A DNA stretch of 64,000 nt from an uncultured bacterium (GTDB taxonomy: Bacteria > Pseudomonadota > Gammaproteobacteria > Burkholderiales > JACQAP01). The notes below the pieces were generated by a model, which saw nothing but the letters and a program-made list of their open reading frames with translations, did not search any database and had not been told where the DNA came from. Position numbers and translations under genes: made by a program. The stretch spans positions 9,290 to 73,289 of the forward strand of contig CBDDRM010000185.1 of NCBI GenBank assembly GCA_965233135.1, given 5' to 3'. Shown piece by piece: positions 24,451 to 32,009 of this stretch (positions are counted from its first letter, which is position 1; each line of letters begins with the position of its first letter).

Positions 24451-25233
24451 ATGAATAGAGGATGGCCCGAGCATCTTTGGGTCGTGCGCCATGGTCAAAG
24501 CGCCGGTAACGTCGCTCGCGATGCCGCTCATGACGCTGGCTTGCCTGTCATCGATATTGCCGAGCGCGACATGGATGTACCCTTGAGCCCGCTTGGTCAC
24601 CAACAGTCCGCCGCACTCGCGCGCTGGTTTGCCTCGATGCAGCCGGATTTGCGCCCTACCACGCTGATGGTATCGCCCTATGTGCGCGCACGGCAGACCG
24701 CGGGGATAGTGCAAGACGCGGGGGGCTTGCATCCGGACGCATCGAAGCCCCTGGTCGATGAGAGGCTGCGCGAGAAAGAGTTCGGCATTCTGGATCGGCT
24801 CACGCACGCCGGCATCGTAACGCGGTTTCCGGATCAGGCCGAAGCGCGGCTGCGGACCGGCAAGTTCTATCACCGCCCGCCGGGTGGCGAGAGCTGGTGC
24901 GACGTGATTCTGCGCCTGCGCAGCGTGCTCGATACCATCAGCCTGCATTATTCGCACCCGGGCTCGCGTGTACTCATCGTTGCCCATCAGGTGATCGTGT
25001 TGTGCCTGCGCTATCTGATCGAGGAATTGGAGGAAGATGACATTCTTGCCATCGATCGCGAGGGCGATGTGGCGAATTGCGGCGTAACGGAGTATGCACT
25101 CATGCGCGCTGCGAGTGCGCCGGGCGCGGAGCGCGCCCGCCTGCGTCTGGTGCGCTATAACTTCGTTGCGCCGCTCGAAGGAGCGGGCGCGGCCGTGACC
25201 GCAACACCCGACGCGCCGGTGGCGCCGCGGTGA
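24451..25233 (+). CDS. Histidine phosphatase superfamily (phosphoglycerate-mutase-like) protein
   Basis: The catalytic RHG motif occurs in LWVVRHGQSAGN, and a downstream AHQVIV contains the second His. The start is taken at MNRGWPEH. The longer 24154 ORF overlaps the opposite-strand gene. Confidence 0.85.
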   Translation: MNRGWPEHLWVVRHGQSAGNVARDAAHDAGLPVIDIAERDMDVPLSPLGHQQSAALARWFASMQPDLRPTTLMVSPYVRARQTAGIVQDAGGLHPDASKPLVDERLREKEFGILDRLTHAGIVTRFPDQAEARLRTGKFYHRPPGGESWCDVILRLRSVLDTISLHYSHPGSRVLIVAHQVIVLCLRYLIEELEEDDILAIDREGDVANCGVTEYALMRAASAPGAERARLRLVRYNFVAPLEGAGAAVTATPDAPVAPR

Positions 25234-26132
25234 GCGCCGCAGGGCGGCATCGCATGGTGACCCGGGCGCTGTTGCGCCGGATGCCATTGCCGGCATTTCC
25301 GGAAGACGGCGACAAGGAAACTCGAGGCCGCGTGCTGGTCATCGGCGGCAGCATGTTGACGCCCGGCGCGATTCTGCTGGCGGGCACTGCCGCCTTGCGC
25401 GCCGGCGCAGGCAAGTTGCAACTGGGCACTGTGCAAGGCGCCGCGGTGCACCTCGGACTCGCGGTGCCGGAATCGCTCGTTTTGGGGCTGCCGGCGCGCA
25501 ACGGCGAAATCGCTGGGGCGCGCGCCGCCAACGTGCTGCGCCAGCATGCAGCGCGAGCCGACGCGGTGCTGGTCGGGCCCGGCATGGCAGTGGGACGTTC
25601 CGTGAATGCGCTGCTTAGTGGGCTCGTGTCCGGGCTTGGCGCAAAAGCGCTGCTGATTCTCGATGGCGCGGCCGTCATCGGACTGCGCGACAACGGAAAG
25701 TTGCTGGGCGCATTGCCCGGTCGCGTCGTGCTTACGCCTCATGCCGGCGAGGTCGCATCGCTGATGGGTATCGAACGGCACGTGGTTGAGCAAAATGCGC
25801 CTGCAATCGCGCGGCACGTGGCGAAACAGTTCGGTGCCGTCGTCGTGCTTAAAGGCGCGCAAAGCTGGATCGCGGAGCCCGGCGGGGCGCTGTTCTGTTT
25901 CACCGGCGGGTCGGTCGGCCTCGGAACCTCCGGTTCGGGCGACACGCTGGCCGGCATTGTCGCGGGTCTCGCGGCGACGGGCGCGACGTCATCCACTGCG
26001 GCGTTATGGGGGGTGTGGGCGCATGCTGCGTGCGGGGCTTTGCTGTCAAAGCGCGTGGGGCAAGTAGGTTTTCTCGCGCGCGAACTGCTCGCGGACGTGC
26101 CCGCGCTTTTGTGCAACGAGCGCGTACGATGA
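25230..26132 (+). CDS. nnrD: ADP-dependent NAD(P)H-hydrate dehydratase (YjeF C-terminal type, stand-alone)
   Basis: ETRGRVLVIGGS...PGAILLAGTAALRAGAGK...VVLTPHAGE...KG......GGS.GLGTSGSGDTLAGIVAGL. The GTG start overlaps the upstream stop (GTGA). An alternative ATG is at 25254. No YjeF N-terminal epimerase domain is present. Confidence 0.85.
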   Translation: MSAAGRHRMVTRALLRRMPLPAFPEDGDKETRGRVLVIGGSMLTPGAILLAGTAALRAGAGKLQLGTVQGAAVHLGLAVPESLVLGLPARNGEIAGARAANVLRQHAARADAVLVGPGMAVGRSVNALLSGLVSGLGAKALLILDGAAVIGLRDNGKLLGALPGRVVLTPHAGEVASLMGIERHVVEQNAPAIARHVAKQFGAVVVLKGAQSWIAEPGGALFCFTGGSVGLGTSGSGDTLAGIVAGLAATGATSSTAALWGVWAHAACGALLSKRVGQVGFLARELLADVPALLCNERVR

Positions 26133-26244
26133 GCGGCACGATGCTCGTGCAGGAGAGAAATGGCGCGCGCAGCCACCGCGCAAGCACAGAGCGCTTCCGC
26201 GATCGCTGCATTGCGCTAGACTGGGGACGTACATACCGACTCCA

Positions 26245-26877
26245 ATGACGCCGACCCCTAAAGTACGCAAGCATTTCTCGATGATCCGCGGTATGCATCT
26301 GGCGGACTTGTTTACCCTGGCCAACGCGGCGTGCGGGGTCGCCGCCGTGTTTTTCGCCATGGCCTACGTGGGCAGTCAATCGCTGCATCATTTCTTCGCC
26401 GCCGCGGCGCTTGCACCCGCAGCCTTCGCCTTTGATGTGCTTGATGGGCGCATCGCGCGTTGGCGGCATACGCACTCGGCGCTCGGCAGGGAGCTCGATT
26501 CTCTGGCCGACGTCATTTCATTCGGCGTCGCGCCGGCAGCGCTCGGCTTTGCAGCCGGACTACACGGGGTGTGGGACTGGGCAGCGCTCATCTACTTCGT
26601 GTGTTGCGGCGTGAGTCGTCTGGCGCGCTATAACGTTACTGCCGAAGAACTCTCGGCGGGCACCGAGAAAGTCGCCTATTTCGAAGGAACGCCGATTCCG
26701 ACCAGCGTGCTGCTCACGAGCGTGCTGGCGCTCGCAGCATGGCAGAACAGGTTGGGCGACGAACTCTATGGCGGGGTCTGGTCGATCGCGGGAGGGGAGT
26801 TGCATCCGCTGGCATTGCTGTTCGTGCTCTCCGGTACGTTGATGATCAGCAAGACGCTGCGTATCCCAAAGCTCTGA
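26245..26877 (+). CDS. pssA: CDP-diacylglycerol--serine O-phosphatidyltransferase (small CDP-alcohol phosphatidyltransferase type)
   Basis: CDP-alcohol motif DVLDGRIARWRHTHSALGRELDSLADVISFGVAPA. It is a 210-aa polytopic membrane protein. Confidence 0.82.
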   Translation: MTPTPKVRKHFSMIRGMHLADLFTLANAACGVAAVFFAMAYVGSQSLHHFFAAAALAPAAFAFDVLDGRIARWRHTHSALGRELDSLADVISFGVAPAALGFAAGLHGVWDWAALIYFVCCGVSRLARYNVTAEELSAGTEKVAYFEGTPIPTSVLLTSVLALAAWQNRLGDELYGGVWSIAGGELHPLALLFVLSGTLMISKTLRIPKL

Positions 26878-27066
26878 CGCTTCGCTGACCGGTCGGTCGA
26901 GCCTCCGGCAATTTCTACAGCGCGTTTGTAAAGTTTGAAGCAGCACGCAGCCGGTGCGCTATATTCCTTTCGTGTGACGCTGCCCGGGACGCCACATCGC
27001 CATGCGCGCCCTGGCAATGATCTTGCTGACGTCCGCGGGTAGCTTTCACTTCGGAGGAGCGTTGTC

Positions 27067-27999
27067 ATGAAACCCCACACGCAGGCAGTCAGCAAGGGCA
27101 GAAACGGTTCGCGAGCGAACCCGGCGCCGATGGAACAACCGCAGCCCCCATTTCCCGAACAGCACCAGGAAAGCCCGGGGCTCGAGTCGCTGCTCGAGCC
27201 GTTGCCGCGCTATCAGGCGGAGGCTTACCGGGCTGCGGGCAAGCTCAAAGGTAAAGTGGCGTTGATCACGGGCGGAGACTCCGGCATCGGACGCTCCGTT
27301 GCCGTGCTGTTTGCACGGGAAGGCGCACAAATCGCCATCAACTATCTCGCGCAGGAGCAATCCGACGCCGAAACCACATGCCGGGAAGTCGAGGCCCACG
27401 GAGCGAAATGCATACTGCTCCCCGGCGATCTGTCCAGCGCCGCATTCTGCAAACAACTCGTGCAGGACACCGTGCGCCAACTCGGGCAACTCGATATCCT
27501 GGTGTCGAATGCCGCCTACCAGCGGCGCAAAGATGCCCTCGAAGAACTCACGGACGAGGAACTCGAATACACCTTCAGCACCAATATCTATGCTTACATG
27601 CGCCTCGCGCGCGCCGCGCTGCCGTTGATGAAGGCCGGCGGCGTCATCATCGCAACGAGTTCGGAAACAGGTATTTTCGGCTCGAAACAATTGCCGGACT
27701 ACTCAGCGACCAAAGGCGCGATCAATGCTTTTACGAAAACTCTGGCAATGTCGTTGATACCGCGGCGCATCCGCGTCAACGCGGTCGCTCCCGGGCCGGT
27801 CTGGACGCCGCTCAATCCTTCCGATGGGGGCCTTTCCGAAGAAGGCGTGTCGAAGTTCGGGCAAAAGAATCCCATGGGACGTCCTGCACAGCCCGAAGAA
27901 CTGGCGCCGGCTTACGTCTTCCTCGCATCCAACGCCGATTCATCCTATATCACGGGCACGGTCCTGCAGGTCATGGGCGGTGAAACGACAGGCGGATAA
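27067..27999 (+). CDS. SDR-family oxidoreductase (YghA/YdaD general-stress-protein-39-like)
   Basis: KVALITGGDSGIGRSVAVLFAREGA, NAA, and YSATKGAI (YxxxK). The N-terminal ~45-aa extension is typical of this subgroup. Confidence 0.88.
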   Translation: MKPHTQAVSKGRNGSRANPAPMEQPQPPFPEQHQESPGLESLLEPLPRYQAEAYRAAGKLKGKVALITGGDSGIGRSVAVLFAREGAQIAINYLAQEQSDAETTCREVEAHGAKCILLPGDLSSAAFCKQLVQDTVRQLGQLDILVSNAAYQRRKDALEELTDEELEYTFSTNIYAYMRLARAALPLMKAGGVIIATSSETGIFGSKQLPDYSATKGAINAFTKTLAMSLIPRRIRVNAVAPGPVWTPLNPSDGGLSEEGVSKFGQKNPMGRPAQPEELAPAYVFLASNADSSYITGTVLQVMGGETTGG

Positions 28000-28099
28000 G
28001 TCTGCACGAAAAATCTCGCATCTCTCACGCCACCGTCCAGGATGATCGACAGGTGTTCCGCTTTTCAATAGCACGCGCCCGTCTTCACAACGGAAGCGA

Positions 28100-28126
28100 T
28101 TGACCCGCGCGCAGCGCGGCTATAAT
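28100..28126 (+). promoter_or_regulatory. Candidate sigma-70 promoter for the TAXI-TRAP operon
   Basis: TTGACC (28100-28105), a 15-nt spacer, then a perfect TATAAT (28121-28126). The spacer is shorter than optimal. A start here would give a ~155-nt GC-rich leader before the ATG at 28287. Confidence 0.35.
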
Positions 28127-28286
28127 GTTCCGCGTCGCGTGTCCACGCTCGCGGTGGCGCGCAATGACGAACGCGAGCGCCGCCCGCGCATGTCGACAAG
28201 CGGTTCATCGTTGCGTCGTATCGTCGGGCGCAGGCATTGCCGGCGGCCTGACGAGACCGACCATAGAACAATTAGAGCCGGGTCGG

Positions 28287-29273
28287 ATGAAGATCGTGTC
28301 TAAACGCAGTCTTTGCAGACTGGGCGTCGGGCTGTTGGCCGCCTGCCTGCTCGCGGCCTGTTCGCCTTCCGGGCAACGCCTGAAGCTCGCGACCGGGCCG
28401 CAGGGGGGCACCTGGTATCCGTTTGGCGGTGCACTCAAGAGCATCATTGAGGCGCGAATGGCGCAAGTCTCCATTCAGGTCATGCCCGGTGGCGGCATCG
28501 CCAATGTGCTGGCCGTTGAAAAAGGGCGGGCGCATATTGCGCTGGCCAATTCAGTTTCAACGGTCGACGCGATCAATGCGCAGCCGCCCTTCAAATCCCA
28601 TGCGACCCATGTGTGCAACGTTGCGACGTTGTATCCCCAGTATTTTCAGGTGGTGACGCTTGCGGACGCGGGTCTTACCGATCCCGCGAATTTTCGCGGA
28701 AAAGTGCTTGGCACGCAGATGCGCGGCAATACCGGCGAAGCCATCACTGCGCATCTGCTCAAGGCTTACGGCATGACCTACCAGGATCTCGGAGGCGTGA
28801 GCTACGGCTCGTACACGGATTCGATCACGTTGATGAAGGACGGCAATGCCGACATCTTCACCGTGGGCACTTCGATTCCGGCCTCCTCGGTCATGGATCT
28901 CGCGAGCGCCCGCGACGTCCATGTAGTTTCCCTGTCGGACGCTGGCATCCAGCGCATGCGCGAACTCAACGCCGGTTATGAGCGGGTGGAAATTCCAGCG
29001 GGGACTTATCCGCGGCAGGACAAGCCGGCCGTAACCGTGGGCTACTGGACGCACATCATCGCGCGCTGCGACCTCGGCGACGAGATCGTCTATGACCTGC
29101 TCGACAGCGTGTATGCGCGGATTTCGGATCTTGCCACCATTGCGCGCGCGGTGAAAAATGCAACGCCCCAGAGCATGGGCCGCGAGATCGGCGTGCCGAT
29201 GCATCCCGGGGCAGAGCGCTGGTATCGGGAGCGCGGCGCCGCGCCAAGCCAGTCGCCTGGCCGCTCACCATGA
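28287..29273 (+). CDS. TAXI-family TRAP transporter solute-binding lipoprotein
   Basis: Lipobox LLAACSP and TAXI signature TGPQGGTWYPFGGAL...PGGGIANV. It is followed by the fused TRAP permease with a 4-nt overlap. Confidence 0.85.
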   Translation: MKIVSKRSLCRLGVGLLAACLLAACSPSGQRLKLATGPQGGTWYPFGGALKSIIEARMAQVSIQVMPGGGIANVLAVEKGRAHIALANSVSTVDAINAQPPFKSHATHVCNVATLYPQYFQVVTLADAGLTDPANFRGKVLGTQMRGNTGEAITAHLLKAYGMTYQDLGGVSYGSYTDSITLMKDGNADIFTVGTSIPASSVMDLASARDVHVVSLSDAGIQRMRELNAGYERVEIPAGTYPRQDKPAVTVGYWTHIIARCDLGDEIVYDLLDSVYARISDLATIARAVKNATPQSMGREIGVPMHPGAERWYRERGAAPSQSPGRSP

Positions 29274-31156
29274 GCCAGACCAGCGATCCAGGGACACAAA
29301 GAATGACCTGGCCGAAAACGCTGCCTGGTTGGCTCATCCTGGGCGTGGGTTTGGCCATGTCGGCGTTTCATCTCCATGTCGGCTGGTACGGGCCGCCCGA
29401 CGCACTCACGTTGCGCAGCGTACATCTGGCGTTTGCGCTCGTTCTCGCCTTCCTGATTCTGCCGGCGCGAAGCGCCGGCGTTCCGGAGCGCCCGCGCTGG
29501 CTCGAAGCCGCGCTCATCGTTTTGTCGCTGCTGGCCTGCGGCTATCTGACCGTCGAGCGCGACTATGTCATCAACCGCATGATCTATGTCGATACGTTGA
29601 AGCCAATCGACTGGGTGTTTTCGATCGCCACCGTGCTGCTGGTGCTGGAGGCCACGCGCCGGGTGATCGGCCTGACGTTGCCGCTGACCGCGGTGGTGTT
29701 TCTGGCCTATGCGTTGACCGCGGGGGGGATCGACCTAGAGCTGCTCGCCGAGCAGATGTATCTGGGCACCGAGGGCATTTTCGGTATTCCAATCTATGTT
29801 TCGGCCACTTATGTGATGTTGTTCATCGTGTTCGGTGCCCTGGTCGAGCGTACCGGCACCGGACAGCTGTTTATGGATTTCGCCATGAGCTTGACCGGCC
29901 GAGCCGCGGGTGGCCCTGCCAAGGTAGCGTGCATCACCAGCGGCATGTTCGGCACGGTGTCGGGCAGTGCGGTGGCGAATGTGATGACGACCGGCACATT
30001 CACTATCCCAATGATGAAGCGCATCGGGTATCCCGCCTCCTTTGCCGGCGCCGTGGAGGCGGTCGCTTCCACCGGCGGCCAGATCATGCCGCCGATCATG
30101 GGCGCGGCGGCGTTCATCATGGCCGAGTTCCTCGGCATCAGCTATCTGAGCGTGACCGTGTACGCGCTGCTGCCGGCACTGCTTTATTACCTGGCGCTGT
30201 ACATGACGGTGCATTTCGAGGCCAAGCGCCTGGGCATGAAAGGTCTGCCCAGATCCGAACTGCCGAGGGTCGGACAGGTCCTCAGGGAACGCGGCCACTT
30301 GTTCCTGCCCTTGGTGGTGATTATCGGCGTACTGCTTTCCGGACGCAGCGCGCCATTTGCCGCGTTGTGCGGCATCGCGTCCACCATTCCGACGGCGCTG
30401 CTGCGCAAGACGACGCGCCAGTATGTTCGACTGGATAATATCTTGCAGGCGCTCGAGTCGGGCGCGCGCAATACGGTGTCGGTTGCATTGGCATGCGCTT
30501 GCGCCGGCATCGTGATCGGGGTGATTTATCTCACCGGCCTGGGACTCGAATTCACCGACCTGGTGCTCTCCGTTGCGGGTAGCCATGTCTTGATCGCACT
30601 GCTACTGACCATGGTTGCCGGCATCGTGCTGGGCATGGGCATGCCCACTGCGCCTGCCTACATCATGCAGACCGCGCTGCTGGTGCCCGCGCTGGTCAAG
30701 CTCGGCGTGATGGTCGAGGCCGCGCACATGTTCGTGTTTTATTTTGCAATTCTTTCGGCTATCACCCCGCCGGTCGCCCTGGCCGTCTATGCCGCCAACG
30801 GCATTTCCCGGGCCGGGCTCTGGGAGTCGAGCGTTGATGCGCTGCGCCTGGGCGCGTGCGGCTTCATCATTCCATTCATGTTCGTGTTCGGCCCGTCGCT
30901 GCTCATGATCGGCACGCCGCTAGCCATCGCGACGACCACTGTGACCGCCACGGTCGGGGTCACGTGCCTTGCCGCGGGCTTGTCGGGTTACCTGATCGGC
31001 GCGGCGTCAGCGTGGCAACGGGCGTTGCTGATCGCGGCGGCTTTCGCCCTGATCAAGCCCGGAATTCTCACAGATCTGATCGGGTTCGGTCTGATTGCAG
31101 TGGTGCTTGCGGCGCAGTTCGCCGCCGTGCGTGCGCTGCGATCGCGAAATTCATAA
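29270..31156 (+). CDS. TRAP transporter fused permease (TAXI-associated 4TM/12TM type)
   Basis: 628-aa highly hydrophobic product. The N-terminus ...HLHVGWYGPPDALTLRSVHLAF is typical of this family. Confidence 0.88.
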   Translation: MSQTSDPGTQRMTWPKTLPGWLILGVGLAMSAFHLHVGWYGPPDALTLRSVHLAFALVLAFLILPARSAGVPERPRWLEAALIVLSLLACGYLTVERDYVINRMIYVDTLKPIDWVFSIATVLLVLEATRRVIGLTLPLTAVVFLAYALTAGGIDLELLAEQMYLGTEGIFGIPIYVSATYVMLFIVFGALVERTGTGQLFMDFAMSLTGRAAGGPAKVACITSGMFGTVSGSAVANVMTTGTFTIPMMKRIGYPASFAGAVEAVASTGGQIMPPIMGAAAFIMAEFLGISYLSVTVYALLPALLYYLALYMTVHFEAKRLGMKGLPRSELPRVGQVLRERGHLFLPLVVIIGVLLSGRSAPFAALCGIASTIPTALLRKTTRQYVRLDNILQALESGARNTVSVALACACAGIVIGVIYLTGLGLEFTDLVLSVAGSHVLIALLLTMVAGIVLGMGMPTAPAYIMQTALLVPALVKLGVMVEAAHMFVFYFAILSAITPPVALAVYAANGISRAGLWESSVDALRLGACGFIIPFMFVFGPSLLMIGTPLAIATTTVTATVGVTCLAAGLSGYLIGAASAWQRALLIAAAFALIKPGILTDLIGFGLIAVVLAAQFAAVRALRSRNS

Positions 31157-31189
31157 GGCCGAGTGTGGCGATCAAGCACCGAAAAAAGA

Positions 31190-31227
31190 AACGCCCCGAT
31201 CGCATGCGCGACCGGGGCGTTTTTTTG
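31190..31227. terminator. Bidirectional rho-independent terminator
   Basis: 14-bp stem AACGCCCCGATCGC / GCGACCGGGGCGTT (one mismatch) with a 4-nt loop. It is flanked by an A-run upstream and TTTTTTT downstream. Confidence 0.8.
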
Positions 31228-31244
31228 CTGCCAGGCACTCCGGC

Positions 31245-31328
31245 CTAATTGCCAGCCAGACTCCTGAATCCAGTGGTTGATCCAGTTTCAGACGGCTTGC
31301 GACCGGTACTGCCTTGGTTGTCTCTCAC
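31245..31328 (-). CDS. Very speculative 27-codon ORF behind an extended Shine-Dalgarno
   Basis: GTG at 31328 lies 7 nt after GGAGG. Translation is (M)RDNQGSTGRKPSETGSTTGFRSLAGN, the stop is TAG at 31245, and the bidirectional terminator follows. Counter-evidence: third-position G/C is only about half, well below neighbouring genes. Confidence 0.22.
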   Translation of the reverse strand: MRDNQGSTGRKPSETGSTTGFRSLAGN

Positions 31329-31329
31329 G

Positions 31330-31344
31330 GGATCACCTCCTTTC
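31330..31344 (-). promoter_or_regulatory. Extended Shine-Dalgarno (minus strand) / anti-SD mimic (plus strand)
   Basis: The plus strand reads GGATCACCTCCTTTC, identical to the conserved 3' terminus of proteobacterial 16S rRNA. The minus strand therefore reads GAAAGGAGGTGATCC, up to 15 nt complementary to the anti-SD. Confidence 0.5.
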
Positions 31345-31579
31345 AAAGTTGCGAGCGGCCAGTGTAGCAAAACACAGGGGGTCTGCAACAGTCCGACCGG
31401 CTATCGCGTTGGCAATTTCCGGCGGCTCTTCCCCGGGAACTAAGCAATGCAATAGTCGTCTTTCTACGCTGGGGCGGGGACGCAATCAGGCAGGTGGGGC
31501 GAAACCGTGACGCCGGTGTCTGTCGTGACAGCGGCGTTTGTGTGCTTCTTGCGCACGATTATCAAGAGGAGTGATCCAC

Positions 31580-32005
31580 ATGGTCAAAAAAGCGTGGGCG
31601 GTTTGGAAGGGAAGCATCAAGGAGGGCGGGGGCACCATCTCGACCGAGACCGGCGTGCTGCGCGACGCGCCTTATGGGTTCAAGGCCCGCTTCGAAAACG
31701 GCAAGGGCACCAACCCGGAGGAACTCATCGGCGCTGCCCATGCGGGATGCTTTTCAATGGCGCTGTCGCTGATGCTCGGCGCTGCGGGACTGACACCCGA
31801 GAAAATTGAAACGCATGCCGCCGTCACGCTTGACAAGGTCGGCGAGGGCTACGAGATCACGGCGAGCCATCTCAGCGTAAAAGCCAAAATTCCCGGCGCG
31901 CGCGAAGCGCAATTTCAGGAAATCGCGGAGAAGGCCAAGTCAGGCTGTCCGGTATCGAAACTGATGAACACCAGGATCACCATGGAGGCGAAACTCGAAA
32001 GCTGA
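31580..32005 (+). CDS. osmC: Peroxiredoxin OsmC
   Basis: Nearly colinear with E. coli OsmC: W.G.IK.G.GT.STE.GVL...PYGF..RFE..KGTNPEELIGAAHAGCFSMALSLMLG...KAKSGCPVS. ATG at 31580 follows AGAGGAG. Confidence 0.9.
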   Translation: MVKKAWAVWKGSIKEGGGTISTETGVLRDAPYGFKARFENGKGTNPEELIGAAHAGCFSMALSLMLGAAGLTPEKIETHAAVTLDKVGEGYEITASHLSVKAKIPGAREAQFQEIAEKAKSGCPVSKLMNTRITMEAKLES

Positions 32006-32009
32006 CCAG

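Noticed and set aside
31300-31360. Possibility that GGATCACCTCCTTTC marks a degenerate rRNA operon fragment.
   Set aside because: Only the 15-mer matches. The preceding bases (CTCTCACG) and the following bases do not resemble the 16S 3' region or an ITS. No other rRNA-like sequence is present in the window.
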